A stretch of 64,000 bases of DNA from Pristiophorus japonicus (taxonomy: Eukaryota): positions 145,700,001 to 145,764,000 of the forward strand of contig NC_091984.1 of assembly GCF_044704955.1 (NCBI RefSeq). The letters run 5' to 3'. Made by a program: the position numbers and the translations under genes. The notes beneath the pieces are model-generated. The model saw only the letters and a list, made by a program, of their open reading frames with translations. It ran no database searches and was not told the DNA's origin. Positions 25,038-38,175 of the stretch are shown here, piece by piece; position 1 is the first letter of the stretch; every line of letters begins with the position of its first letter.

Positions 25038-25670
25038 GTCAGCTGTGGCTCAATGGGCAGCACACTCACCTCTGAGTCTGAAAGTTGTGGGTTCACGTCC
25101 CACTCCAGAGACGTGAAACGGATAGCACCCAGTGAGTCGTGTCCGCCTCCTTGGAGCCGTGACCATGAGCGGTGTACGTGAGCTGTGTCTGTGCTGGGCC
25201 TGTGGATCATTAACCGGGCCGCACTTCACTCGCGGGGTGAAATTTACCGGGAGGTGCGTGCTGTCGCACCCCGTCATTTGTTTTTGACGACTTACCGGTC
25301 GGGCCTTTCTGTGCCGATGTGGTGGGGTCGATGCCGCGATGGTGCAGCCCGAAACTCGGTGCTGAGCCCACCCCCAGGGGAAGTGCAGCGCGCCACATTG
25401 CGCTCCATTTCCTGTCAGGTGTCGTGACCCCAATTCCGCTTCCAGGGCGGGATTTCGACGTGGGAAACGTTACCGCCCCAACCGGGGCAATACGCAATTT
25501 GGGCCCATTATCTGGTCATAGCCACATGTGGGAGCTTGCTGTGCACAAACTGTCTGTCATGTCTTCTCCATTACCGCAGTGACTATACTTCAAAAGTACT
25601 TCATTGGCTGTAAAGCGTTTTGGGACATCCTGAGGTGGTGAAAGGCACTATATAAATGCAAGTCTTTCTT
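25038..25670 (+). mobile_element. Deu-type SINE head and tail with the core replaced by a CpG-rich segment
   Basis: Head 25038-25117 and tail 25507-25670 match the SINE at 3566-3989; 25118-25506 is unrelated and ends in GGGCCC. Confidence 0.7.
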
Positions 25671-26100
25671 TCCAATTCAGCTCTACATCTTTGAAACCCA
25701 AACCCGCGGACAGTGACGGACAGGTAAAGACCCTGTGGTCCATCCAGCCCGTCCCACACAATTTCAATACCTTGTGTATCACAGTATCGACTCTCCACCC
25801 CACCCAAAACTACCTGATCTCCTAGGAGAGGCGGAAAACCAGGGAAAAAACCCATTGGGGGGGAAATAAATCTGGGAAACTCCTCTCTGACCTCTGCGCC
25901 CGCCCCCCCACTCCCCCCCGCCTGCAGGCGATGGAAACTACTCCAGGAGGTCACTGTGGCCCTGAATTCCATGCAGTAACTACCTTCTGTAAGTGGTGAT
26001 CTCCACACCGGCCACAAACAGGTCCTGCTCTCACTTATGTACAGCTCATGGATTTAAAATTACAAGCTTTCCCCACAGTGTCAAGTGCTGCAAATACGTG

Positions 26101-26492
26101 TTACATAGAAACATAGAAAATAGGTGCAGGAGTAGGCCATTCGGCCCTTCGAGCCTGCACCGTCATTCAATAAGATCATGGCTGATCATTCACTCAGTGC
26201 CCCTTTCATGCTTTCTCGCCATACCCCTTGACCCCTTAGCCATAAGGGCCATATCTAACTCCCTCTTGAATATATCCAATGAACTGGCATCAACAACTCT
26301 CTGCGGTAGGGAATTCCACAGGTTAACAACTCTCTGTCTGAAGAAGTTTCTTCTCATCTCAGGCCTCAATGGCCTACCCCTTATCCTGAGACTCTGTCCC
26401 CTGGTTCCGGACTTCCCCAACATCGGGAACATTCTTCCCGCACCTAACCTGTCCCTTCCCGTCAGAATCTTATACATTTCAATGAGATCCCC
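26101..26492 (-). mobile_element. CR1 3' end (continues at 29049-29900)
   Basis: ACATAGAAACATAGAAAATAGG tail; MRRNFFRQRVVNLWNSLPQ. Confidence 0.88.
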
Positions 26493-29048
26493 TTTGTTGG
26501 GGAGGGCATCAAACTGGAAATTAGGGGTGCATGCAATAAAGGTGCAGCAGTTATCATGAGTGACTTTAATATGCATATAGATTGGGCTAACCAAACTGGA
26601 AACAATACGGTGGAGTAGGATTTCCTGGAGCACATAAGTGATGGTTTTCTAGACTAATAAGTCGAGGAACCAACCAGGGGGGAGGCCATCTTAGACTGGG
26701 TGTTGTGTAATGAGAGAGGATTAATTAGCAATTTCGTTGTGCGAGGCCCCTTGGGGATGAGTGACCATAATATGGTGGAATTCTACATTAGGATGGAGAA
26801 TGAAACAGTTAATTTAGAGACCATGGTCCAGAACTTAAAGAAGGGTAACTTTGAAGGTATGAGACGTGAATTGGCTAGGATAGATTGGCGAATGATACTT
26901 AAGGGGTTGACTGTGGATGGGCAATGGCAGACATTTAGAGACCGCATGGATGAACTATAACAATTGTACATCCCTGTCTGGCGTAAAAAATAAAAAAGGG
27001 AAGGTGGCTCAACCGTGGCTATCAAGAGAAATCAGGGATAGTATTAAAGCCAAGGAAGTGACATACAAATTGGCCAGAAAGAGCAGCGAACCCAGGGACT
27101 GGGAGAAATTTAGAACTCAGCAGAGGAGGACAAAGGGTTTGATTCGGGCAGGGAAAATAGAGTACAAGAGGAAGCTTACAGGTATCATTAAGACAGATTG
27201 CAAAAGCTTCTGTAGATATGTAAAGAGAAAAAGGTTAGTAAATACAAATGTAGGTCCCCTGCAGTCAGAATCAGGGGAAGTCAGAACTGGGAACAAATAA
27301 ATGGCAGACTAATTGAAAAAGTACTTTGGTTCGCTATTCACTAAGGAGGACACAAACAACCTTCCGGATATAAAAGGGGTCAGAGGGTCTAGTAAGAAGG
27401 AGAAACTGAGGGAAATCCTTATTAGTCAGGAAATTGTGTTGGGGAAATTGATGGGATTGAAGGCGGATAAATCCCCAGGGCCTGATGGTCTGCATCCCAG
27501 AGTACTTAAGGAGGTAGCCTTGGAAATAGCGGATGCATTGACAGTCATTTTCCAACATTCCATTGACTCTGGATCAGTTCCTATCGAGTGGAGGGTAGCC
27601 AATGTAACCCCACTTTAAAAAAAATTAGGGAGAGAGATAACAGGGAATTATAGACCGGTCAGCCTGACATCGGTAGTGGGTAAAATGATGGAATCAATAA
27701 TTAAGGATGTCAAAGCAGTGCATTTGGAAAGAGGTGACATGATAGGTCCAAGTCAGCATGGATTTGTGAAAGGGAAATCATGCTTGACAAATCTTCTGGA
27801 ATTTTTTGAGGATGTTTCCAGTAGAGTGGACAAGGGAGAACCAGTTGATGTGGTGTATTTGGACTTTCAGAAGGCTTTCAACAAGGTCCCACACAAGAGA
27901 TTAATGTGCAAAGTTAAAGCACATGGGATTGGGGGTAGGGTGCTGATGTGGATTGAGAACTGGTTGGCAGACAGGAAGGAAAGAGTAGGAGTAAATGGGT
28001 ACTTTTCAGAATGGCAGGCAGTGACTAGTGGGGTACCGCAAGGTTCTGTGCTGGGGCCCCAGCTGTTTACATTGTACATTAATGATTTAGATGAGGGGAT
28101 TAAATGTAGTATCTCCAAATTTGCGGATGACACTAAGTTGGGTGGCAGTGTGAGCTGCGAGGAGGATGCTATGAGGTTGCAGAGTGACTTGGATAGGTTA
28201 GGTGAGTGGGCAAATGCGTGGCAGATGAAGTATAATGTGGATAAATGTGAGGTTATCCACTTTGGTGGTAAAAACAGAGAGACAGACTATTATCTGAATG
28301 GTGACAGATTAGGAAAAGGGGTGGTGCAACGAGACCTGGGTGTCATGGTACATCAGTCATTGAAGGTTGGCATGCAGGTACAGCAGGCGGTTCAGAAAGC
28401 AAATGGCATGTTGGCCTTCATAGCGAGGGGATTTGAGTACAGGGGCAGGGAGGTGTTACTACAGTTGTACAGGGCCTTGGTGAGGCCACACCTGGAGTAT
28501 TGTGTACAGTTTTGGTCTCCTAACTTGAGGAAAGACATTCTTGCTTTTGAGGGAGTGCAGCGAAGGTTCATCAGACTGATTCCCGGGATGGCGGGACTGA
28601 CATATCAAGAAAGACTGGATCAACTGGGCTTGTATTCACTGGAGTTCAGAAGAATGAGAGGGAATCTCAAAGAAACGTTTAAAATTCTGACAGTTAGACA
28701 GGTTAGATGCAGGAAGAATGTTCCCAATGTTGGGGAAGTCCAGAACCAGGGGTCACAGCCTAAGGTGTAAGCCATTTAGGACCGAGATGAGGAGAAGCTT
28801 CTTCACCCAGAAGTGGTGAACCTGTGGAATTCTCTGCCACAGAAAGTTGTTGAGGCCAATTCACTAAATATATTCAAAAAGGAGTTAGATGTAGTCCTTG
28901 CTACTAGGGGGATCAAGGGGTGTGGCGAGAAAGCAGGAATGGGGTACTGAAGTTGTATGTTCAGCCATGAACTCATTGAATGGCGGTGCAGGCTCGAAGG
29001 GCCGAATGGCTTACTCCTGCACCTATTTTCTATGTTTCGATGTTTCTA
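26493..29048 (+). mobile_element. CR1 LINE (late APE to 3' tail) inserted into an antisense CR1
   Basis: SDHNMVEF, KSPGPDGLHPRVLKE, 364-aa RT ORF 27676-28770, tail; host CR1 resumes at 29049. Confidence 0.92.
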
Positions 29049-29900
29049 TCCTTCTAAACTCCAGTGAATAAAGGCCCAGTTGATCCAGTCTCTCCTCATA
29101 TAATAGTCCAGCCATCCCTGGAATTAGTCTGGTGAACCTTCGCTGCACTCCCTCAATAGCAAGAACGTCCTTCCTCAGATTAGGAGACCAAAACTGAACT
29201 CACTATTCCAGGTGAGGCCTCACTAAGGCCTTGTACAACTGCAGTCAGACCCCACTGCTCCTATACTCACATCCCCTAGCTAAGAAGGCCAACAAACCAT
29301 TTGCCTTCTTCCCCCCCTGCTGTACCTGCACGCCGACCTTCAAAGACTGATGAACCATGACACCTAGGTCTCACTGCACCTCCCCTTTTCCTAATCTGCC
29401 GCCATTCAGATAATATTCTGCCTTCATGTTTTTGCCCCCAAAGTGGATAACCTCACATTTATCCACATTATACTCCATCTGCCATGCATTTGTCCACTCA
29501 CCTAACCTGTCCAAGTCACCCTGCAGCCTCTTAGCGTCCCCCTCACAGCTCACACCGCCACCCAGTTTAGTGTCATCTGCAAACTTGGAGATATTACACT
29601 CAATTCCTTCATCCAAATCGTTAATGTATATTGTAAAGAGCTGGAGTCCCAGCACTGAGCCCTGCGGCACTCCACTAGTCACTGTCTGCCATTCTGAAAA
29701 GTGCCCATTTATCCCAACACTCTGCTTCCAACCAGTTCTCTATCCACGTCAGTACATTACCCCCAATACCATGCTTTGATTTTGCATAGCAATCTCTTGT
29801 GCGGGAACTTGTCAAAAAGCCTTTTGAAAGTCCAAATATAACACATCCACTGGTTCTCCCTTGTCCACTCTACAAGTAACATTCTCAAAAAATTCCAGAA
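29049..29900 (-). mobile_element. CR1 RT fragment
   Basis: [19 protein letters not shown]. Confidence 0.9.
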
Positions 29901-29959
29901 TTTTTTATTATCAGGATTATATTATCAGGGTTATATTCTCACTGTCTGTCATTGTCACA

Positions 29960-30265
29960 ACACTCGCTATATAAATGCAAGTTGTTGTTGTGTTCAGGGC
30001 CGCTGTATCTGGCTCAGGCTTCTTATCCATTCCCCTTTCCCTTCCCCCTCTATTGGGGGCCGTGCCTTCAGCTGCCTGGGCCCTAACTCCCTGCTCCCTA
30101 AACCTCTCTGCCACTCCACCCCTCTCCTCTTTTAAGACCTCCCTTCAAACCCAATCTGTGACTGAGGGTTTTGATCACCCTCCCAGCCCCTCCCCCTTTG
30201 GCTCAGCACCACTTTGACCAGATTACGCCTCTGTCAGCTGCCTTGGGATGTTGTTCTAATGTTCC
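29960..30265 (+). mobile_element. L2-like 3' fragments
   Basis: CTATATAAATGCAAGTTGTTG tail; LSSFKTSLQTQ C-terminus; GCCTTGGGATGTT. Confidence 0.5.
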
Positions 30266-30708
30266 AGTTTCTATAGCATTGTCGGTTGTACCTGGCAACA
30301 GAACGTCTCTGTGTGGATATACCCCATGCACCGAGCTCCACGGTGAGGACTCCCACAGTGGAATGGCCTGCCGATGCTCGCTGCAGTGCAGAGTGGCTGC
30401 TGAACTGCCAATCAGTCTGAGACACCGCCTCACGAGCGGACGAGGAGATACATGCTGAGATCCACCATCAAATGACACGTGGGGAACTGGAAATGATTCT
30501 GCAAATCTGACTGGAGGTTTGGTCCAAACGGGTTTTACAAACCAATCAATTGAGTGACACAGAAATTGTCCAAAAATTTGTTTTTTTCAGAACCAACATC
30601 GCCCCCTTTTGGTATGAAGACAGCACTGTCAATTTCCCTCACAATTTGACTGAGCTTCAATTTTCAATGTCTCCTCACGTGGCTCGTTGTCAATCTTTAT
30701 TTTATAAC

Positions 30709-33700
30709 TGTTATGCTCATAATAAAAGGTGAGACCGAGTACTGAGTGTAATGAGCAAGTGTGACCTTAGCTCCTTTATTGTAGTTCCAGAGTGCAGGTA
30801 CTTCGTGGGTGGCCTGCTTATCGACTGCACTCCCAAGGGATGCTGGGATCCCTTGGAACTCCAACAGGTCGGCACTCTGGTGGACAGGTCTGATGCAGGT
30901 TACAAGGTTACAAGGGGTTAAATACATGACATCACTCCCCTGTGAAGTCAACAATACAATTACATGGTGAGACGATCTGGGTCTCTGCGCTCCCTTGTCA
31001 ATCGTCTCAGTACAAATGTTGATATGATTGGGTTGGTCAGTTCTTCATTGGACTGTTGGGCAGCCGGCCTTGCCGAGCTGCTGGTGATGATGAGTTCTGT
31101 TTCCTGGTCAACTGTGATGTCAGTTGCCACTTGTGTGTGTGTTGGAAGGTCAAAGTTGGTGGTGTCCTCCTGAGGTTGTCCGCAGCTGTTGGTGAACCGC
31201 AGTTTAAAATGGTCCAAGTGTTTTCTGTGCATTTGTCCATTGGTCATTTTGACCTCAAACACCCTACTCCCCTCTTTGGATGTGATCGTGTCAGAAAGCC
31301 ATTTGGGACCATGTCCAAAATTGAGCATAAACGCAGAATCATTGATCTCAATATCGCGTGACATGTTTGCGCAGTCATGTACACACTCTGTTGATGCCGC
31401 TTATCCTCCACGTGATCATGTAGATCAGGGTGGACCAGAGAGAGCATTGTTTTAAGTGCCCTTTTCATGAGCAGCTCGGCTGGGGGAATCCCTGTGAGTG
31501 AGTGGGGTCTGGTGCGGTAGCTGAGTAGTACACGGGATGACCGGTTCGGCAGGGAGCCTTCCGACACGCGTTTCAAGCTTTGCTTGATGGTCTGAACTGC
31601 CCGTTCTGCCTGGCCGTTGGATGCAGGCTTCAACAGCGGAGATGTGACATGTTTGATCCTGTTGCGGGTCATGAATTCTTTGAATTCCGTACTAGTGAAG
31701 CATGGCCCATTGTCGCTGACTAGGACATTGGGCAGGCCTTGCATGGCAAACATAGCTCTTAGACTTTCAATGGTGGCCGTGGACGTGCTTCCAGACATTA
31801 CTGCACATTCAATCCATTTTGTGTCAGCATCCACTGTCATATATGCAACCTTCATGTAACTGTAACCTTCATGTAATAACACTGCATACTGTATATTCCT
31901 AAGAAATGCACACCTTGACCACAGGGGGTGAACTTTTGGGAGACACTGCTCATCTGGTCTTCCAGGTATATAAAGGGAGGTCCCATGCAGGGTCATCAAT
32001 TCTTAAAGGTTCAGGTCACAGACTGACCTTGTCTGCAGAATGTGCCTCGTGTGAATTTATAGTAGGGTGTAAGGACATTACATTTGGCGACGAGAAACGG
32101 GAATCAACGACTCACGAGAATGGCCACCGGTAGCACAGAGGAACGGTACTATGTTGGTGAGGACTGGGACGATTTCGTTGAGAGGCTCCAGCAGAGCTTT
32201 TTCATGAAGGTCTGGCTGGGAGATGCAGCGGCTGACAAGCGAAGGGCGCATCTACTGACCAGCTGTGGACCTTAGATGTACGCGCTGATGAAAGACTTGC
32301 TCGCACCCGAGAAGCCGGCGGACAAAACCTTTGAAGAGCTCAGCAAACTGATCGGTGAGCACCTCAAACCGGCGAGCAGTATACACCGACATCAATTCGA
32401 TACACACTGACGTCGGGAAGGACAGAGCATACCGGACTTCGTTGCGGACCTTCGGTGCTCGGCCAGCCTCAGTAAGTTCACAGACGCCTGCAGTGGTGAC
32501 ATGTTAAGGGATTTCTTTATTGAGGGCATTGGTCAGGTCGGGATTTTCAGACAGCTAATTGAGACCAAGGACTTGACCTTGGAAGCGGTGGCGTTCATGG
32601 CTCAGACCTTCATGGCGGGGGAGGAGGAAACCAAGAAAACTCTGCTTCCAATGTGGCAATGGATCAGGGAGTTAACATTGTAAACGCGACTCAGAATCCC
32701 GCAGGCAGGCAAGGGCAATTCAACACCACTCAGGCAGCAACAGACTCTAGAGTGGGTCCTCAACAGAGAGAATGGCAGGTTGAATGGACATTTACGCCAT
32801 CACGGTGGACAGTGCATCGCGAGATGGGGCCATTGACACCCACTAAAAGAGTGCTCAAGAGTAATCAAAGAGACAATCAGAGAGAAATGCCTGGTAACAG
32901 CCCTTTTGTTCACAACAATCTCAGCTCATGCTGGAGGTGCAGGGGCAGACTTGCTGCAAAAACCTGTAGGTTTTAATAATTTATCTGTAGAAATTGTAAC
33001 TTCAGTGGACATTTAGCCAGAATATGCAGGAAGCCTGCAGCGAGGCTAATTTACGAGGCAGATGAACCAGAAGAGGGGTCTGCAAGGCAGGTTGATGCTT
33101 GGGACAAAGCTCATACACCAAAACGCCATCCATAATGATGAAAGTCCTATTAAACAGCATCCCGGTACGCATGGAGCAGGACACAGGGGCCAGCCAGCCA
33201 CTTAGGAGTGTCCAACAATTCGAGAAGTTATGGTCACTCCGAGCTAGCAGACCCAAACTAGAACGCATTGACACGCAATTACGGATGTACACCAAAGAGA
33301 TCATCCCAGTGCGAGGCAGTGCAATGTTGCTGGTCACACATAATGGATCAGAGAACCAGCTGCCACTCTGGAAAATGGTCCCGTGCTATTGCGGAGGAGC
33401 TGGCTAGCCGAGATGAACTGGAAATGGGGGGATGTGCACACCATTTCATCCGTGGAGTGAAGTTCATGCTCACAGGTCCTACAGAACTTTGAGTCATTAT
33501 TTCAACCCGGTGTCGGGACTTTCAAGGGTACCAAAGTAGTGATACGCATCACCCCAGACGCCAGACCAGTGCACCACAAAGCCAGAGCTGTGCCGGATGT
33601 GATGCGTTAGAAAATTGAGAGCGAGTTGTACAGGTTGCTAAGAGAGGGCATAATTATGCCCGTTGAATTCAGTGACTGGGCAAGCCCCATCGTCCCTGTC

Positions 33701-36700
33701 CTAAAAAAGGATGGCTCGGTCAGGATCTGTGGTGACTATAAGGCCACTATCAACCGAGTGGTTCTACAAGACCAATACCCGCTTCCGAGAGCGGAGGAAC
33801 ATTTTGCCATTCTGGCAGGCAGCAAGCTGTTCACCAAGTTGGACCTCACTTCGGCCTACATGACCTCGGAACTGGCCAAACAATCCAAGCTACTGACAAC
33901 CATCACCACGCACAAGGGGCTGTTTGTCTACAATAGGTGTCCATTTGGCATTCAATCAGCAGCCGCTATCTTTCAAAGGAACATGGAGAGCCTGCTCAAA
34001 TCCATCCCTGGAACAATCGTATTTCATGACGACATCCTTATCACGAGTCGAGACACCGAGGAACACCTCCACAACCTGGAGGAGGTGCTACGCCGACTGG
34101 ACCGAGTAGGCCTGGGACTAAAGAAGTCCAAGTGTGTGTTTTTGGTCCCAGAGGTCGAATTTTTGGGCAGGATAGTTGCTGCAGACTGGATCCGGCCTAC
34201 CGAAACCAAAGCGGAGGCAATTCGTCGTGCGCCCAGGCCCGGCAACACATCGGAGTTGTGTGCACTTCTGGGACACTTGGACAATTTCGGGAACTTACTG
34301 TCGAACTTCAGCACATTGTTGGAGCTGCTACACATGCTCCTGTGTAAGGGTTGCGATTGGTTTTGGGGGTCTGTCAGGAACAGGCTTTCAATCGGGCGTG
34401 GAACCTGCTTTGTTCTAATAAGCTGTTGACCCTGTACAAACCCTGTAAGAAATTGGTTTTGACATGTGATGCACCATCCTATGGGGTTGGGTGCGTGTTG
34501 CAGCAGAGTAATGATGAGGGCCAACTCCAAGCTGTGGCTTACGCCTCCAGGTCGCTCTCCCAAGCAGAACGGGGATATGGGATGGTTGAAAAGGAAGCAC
34601 TCGCACGTGTCTACGGGGTGAAAAAGATGCACCAGTACCTTTTTGGCAGAAGGTTTGAGTTAGAAGCGGACCACAAGCCATTAACATCCCTGTTGTCAGA
34701 CAACAAAGCTGTCAATGCCAATGTGTCAGCTCGCATACAGCGATGGGCTCTCACGCTGGCTGCGCATGACTACACCATACGGCACCGGCCAGACACCGAA
34801 AATTGCGCTGACGCGCTCTGCAGGCTTCCACTGGCCACCACAGAAGGGGCAGCCGAGCAAAGTGCTGAGATAGTCATGGCCATTGATGCCTTTGACAGCG
34901 CAGGCTCCCCCATCACAGCCCGCCTGATCAAAATCTGGACCAACAGAGACCCCCTCCTATCCTTGATTAAGAAATGTGTCCTGCCTGGGGATTTGTCGCC
35001 CGCACATGGAGCATGACCCGAGGAGGTCAGACCGTTTCACAGACAGATGGATGAACTCTCCATCCAAGCCGACTGCCTACTATGGGGCAGCCGGGTAGTC
35101 ATGCCCCAGAGGGGCAGGGAAGCATTCATCAGGGAACGCCACAGCGACCACCCAGGCATCGTGCCAATGAAGGCCATTGCCCTGTCACACATATGGTGGC
35201 CGGGAATTGACTCGGACCTGGAACACTGTGTTCACAGGTGCACGACGTATACCCAGCTGGGCAATGCCCCCAGCGAGGCCCCACTCAGCCCGTGGCCCTT
35301 GCCCACCAGGCCATGGTCACGTATTAACCTAGACTACGCGGGCTCATTCATGGAAAAAATGTTCCTCATTGTTGTTCCTCAATGGATCGAGTGCATCATA
35401 TTGAATTTGTGTACGACATCCACCACTGTGGAGAGCCGGCATGTGGTCTTAGCGATCCACGGCTTGCCGTACATTCTGGTTAGCGACAATGGCCCGTGTT
35501 TCACTCACTATGAATTCTGGGAATTCATGTCGCGTAATGACATCAAACATGTCAGGACAGCACCGTTCAAGCCGGCTTCCAATGGCCAGGCAGAACGTGA
35601 GGTCCAAATCATAAAACAAGGCATGCTCCAGATTCAAGGACCCTCTCTTCAATGCCGCCTATCGTGCCTCCTGCTGGCCTATAAGTCCCGACCGCATTCG
35701 CTCACGGGAGTCCCGCCCATGGAACTACTCATGAAACGTACACTTAAAACTCGGCTGTCCTTCATTCATCCAGTCCTGTCAGACATTGTTGAGGGCAAGC
35801 GCCAGTCCCAAAATGAGTGCCATGACCGTAACTCAAAGGGGAGATGTATAGAAATCGATGACCCTGTATTTGTTCTTCATCACGCTTTGGGGCCCAAGTG
35901 GCTTGAGGGTACTGTAATTGGTAAAGAGGGGAATAGGGTCATAGTGGTCAGACTTAGAAATGGACAGATATGCCACAAGCATGTGGACCAAGTAAAACAA
36001 AGGTTCAGCATGGACACTGAGGAACCTGTGGAAGATCATGAGATGTTGCCCACACCACTGCCAGTGAACGAGCAGCAAGAACATTCAGCAGCATGCACAG
36101 TTCCTGTGGCCAGCCCGGACAAGCCGGAATCACCACAGGTGACAGACGCAAATCAAAGGCTCAACAACCAGAACCCCAACTGCGGCGCTCCACGAGAGAA
36201 TGTCGGCCGCCTGAAATATTTAATCTTTAACCCCATAAGACGTTGGGGTGAATGTCATGTATGTAACCTTCATGTAACTGTGACCTTCATGTAATAACAC
36301 TGCATACCATATACACCAAAGAAATGCACACCTTGACCACAGCGGGTGAACTTGTGGGAAACACTCCTCACCTGGTCATCCAGGTATATAAAGGGAGGTC
36401 CCACGCAGGGTCATCACTTCTTTGTCCTGTGAATAAAGGTTCAGGTCACAGAGTGACCTTGTCTGCAGAATGTGCCTCATGTGAATATAAATAATAGTGT
36501 GTAAGGACATTACATCCACGACAACCAAAAACATTTTGCCGAAGAATGGGCCTGCACAGTCTACATGGATCCTCGACCACAGTTTGGATAGCCAGGACCA
36601 TAAACTTAGTGGTGCCTCTCTGGGTGCATTGCTCAACTGAGAGCAAGCACTGGCGTACACAAGACTCTAAATCTGAGTCGATGCCTGGCCATCACACGTG

Positions 36701-38175
36701 GGATCTGGCTATGGCTTTCATCATTATGATGCCTGAGTGGGTGCTGTGTAGTTCCCCAATAAATGTGTCTCTGCTTTTCTTGGGCAATACCACAGGATTG
36801 CCCCACAAGAGACAGTCCGTCTGCAGGGACAGCTCATCTGTGCGTCTATGGAATGGCTTAATCGCTTCCTGCATCTCCACTGGGACACTGGACCAGTTCC
36901 CATGGAGGACACAGTTTTTTACCAGGGCCAGTAAAGGATCCTGGCTGGTCCAGGTCCTGATCTGGCGGGCCGTAATGGGGGATTTCTCATTCTCAAATGC
37001 CTCCATGACCATAAGCAAGTCCGCTGGCTGTGCCATTTCCATCCCAGTGGTGGGCAACGGTAGCCGAATGAGAGCATCTGTGCAGTTCTCTGTGCCCGGT
37101 CTGTGGCGAATTACATAGTTGTATGCCAACAGCATGAGCGCCCATCTTTGGATGCAGGCAGAGGCATTGGTATTGATCCTTTGCTCTCTGAGAATAGCGA
37201 TATGAGCAGCTTGTGGTCTGTTTCAAGTTTGAACGTCAGGCCAAGCAAGTACTGGTGCATTTTATTTACCCTGTAAACACCTGCCAGAGCCTCTTTTTCA
37301 ATCATGCTGTAGGCCCCTTCGGCCTTGGACAAACTCCTAAATGCATATGGAACCGGTTGCAAAATCCCCAATTCATTAGCCTGTTGTTGCACACACCCGA
37401 CCCTGTATGACGACGCATCGCAAGCTAACACTAGTCGTTTACTTGGGTTATACAGGACAAGCAGTTTGTTAGAACACAGTAAATTTCTGGCTTTCTTAAA
37501 AGCAGCCTCTTGTGAATTCCCCCATACCCAGTCGTCTCCCCTGCGCAGTAGCGCATGCAAGGGTTCTAGTAGGGTGCTTAACCCAGGTAGGAAATTACCG
37601 AAGTATTTAAGGAGTCCCAGAAACGACCACAGTTCCATCCCGTTCTGTGGTCACAGCGTGTTCTTGATGGCCTCCGTCTTGGCGTCGGTCGGTCTGATGC
37701 CATCTGCTGCGATCCTTCTTCCGAAGGATTCGACCTCCTGTGCCAGGAATACACACTGCAAGCGTTTCAACCTGAGCCCCACGCGATCCAACCGACTAAG
37801 AACCTCATCCATAGTGCTCCATAGTGTCCCGACCTGTAACCAATATGTTGTCCTGGAAGACCAGTGTACAAGGAACCGCCTTTAGCAGGCTTTCCATGTT
37901 TTGCTGGAAGATTGCTGCAGACGACCGAATCCCGAACGGGCACCGGTTGTAAATAAATAGACCTTTGTGCGAGTTGATGCAGGTGGGGCCTTTTGTAGAC
38001 TCCTCCAGCTCCTGCGCCATGTAGGCTGAGGTCAGGTCCAGCTTGTGAACGTCTTCCCTCCAGCAAGGTCGCAAATAGGGCGTCTGCCTTGGGTAGAGAA
38101 AAACAGTTAATTGTTACTTTATAGTCACCGCAAATTCTAACTGTACTATGCTCCTTGAGTATCGGAACAATCGGA
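30709..38175 (-). mobile_element. Outer Gypsy LTR retrotransposon (3' LTR, PPT, integrase, RNase H, part of RT), 5'-truncated at the duplication junction
   Basis: LTR 30709-30931 (TG..CA); PPT GGGGAGTGA; IN VSDNGPCFTS..SNGQAERAV; RH LACDASS..IEKEALA; RT KLDLTSAY..CPFG..FQD. Confidence 0.9.
31835..36514 (+). mobile_element. Full-length decayed inner Gypsy element inserted in the integrase of the outer element
   Basis: LTRs 31835-32082 and 36253-36514; TSD TCCAC (31830-31834, 36515-36519); PBS TGGCGACGAG (tRNA-Ser-like); gag with CWRC knuckles, DTGA protease, RT 33626-34429, RH, IN 35047-36294. Confidence 0.95.

Larger units (their letters stand above)
17224..38175 (+). repeat. Tandem segmental duplication, copy 1 (~20.95 kb)
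   Basis: 17224-34907 is collinear and near-identical to 38176-55723 (offset 20952 falling to 20816); the ORF track is repeated. Confidence 0.93.

Noticed and set aside
30285-30510. Possible Ig leader exon with octamer on the minus strand
   Set aside because: The peptide is not hydrophobic, the intron phase is wrong, the ATG is absent in copy 2, and no V exon follows
31244-31999. 251-aa LTR-integrase fusion ORF present in both copies
   Set aside because: Chance read-through of an antisense LTR into a split integrase that lacks the HHCC and first catalytic Asp; retention reflects recent duplication
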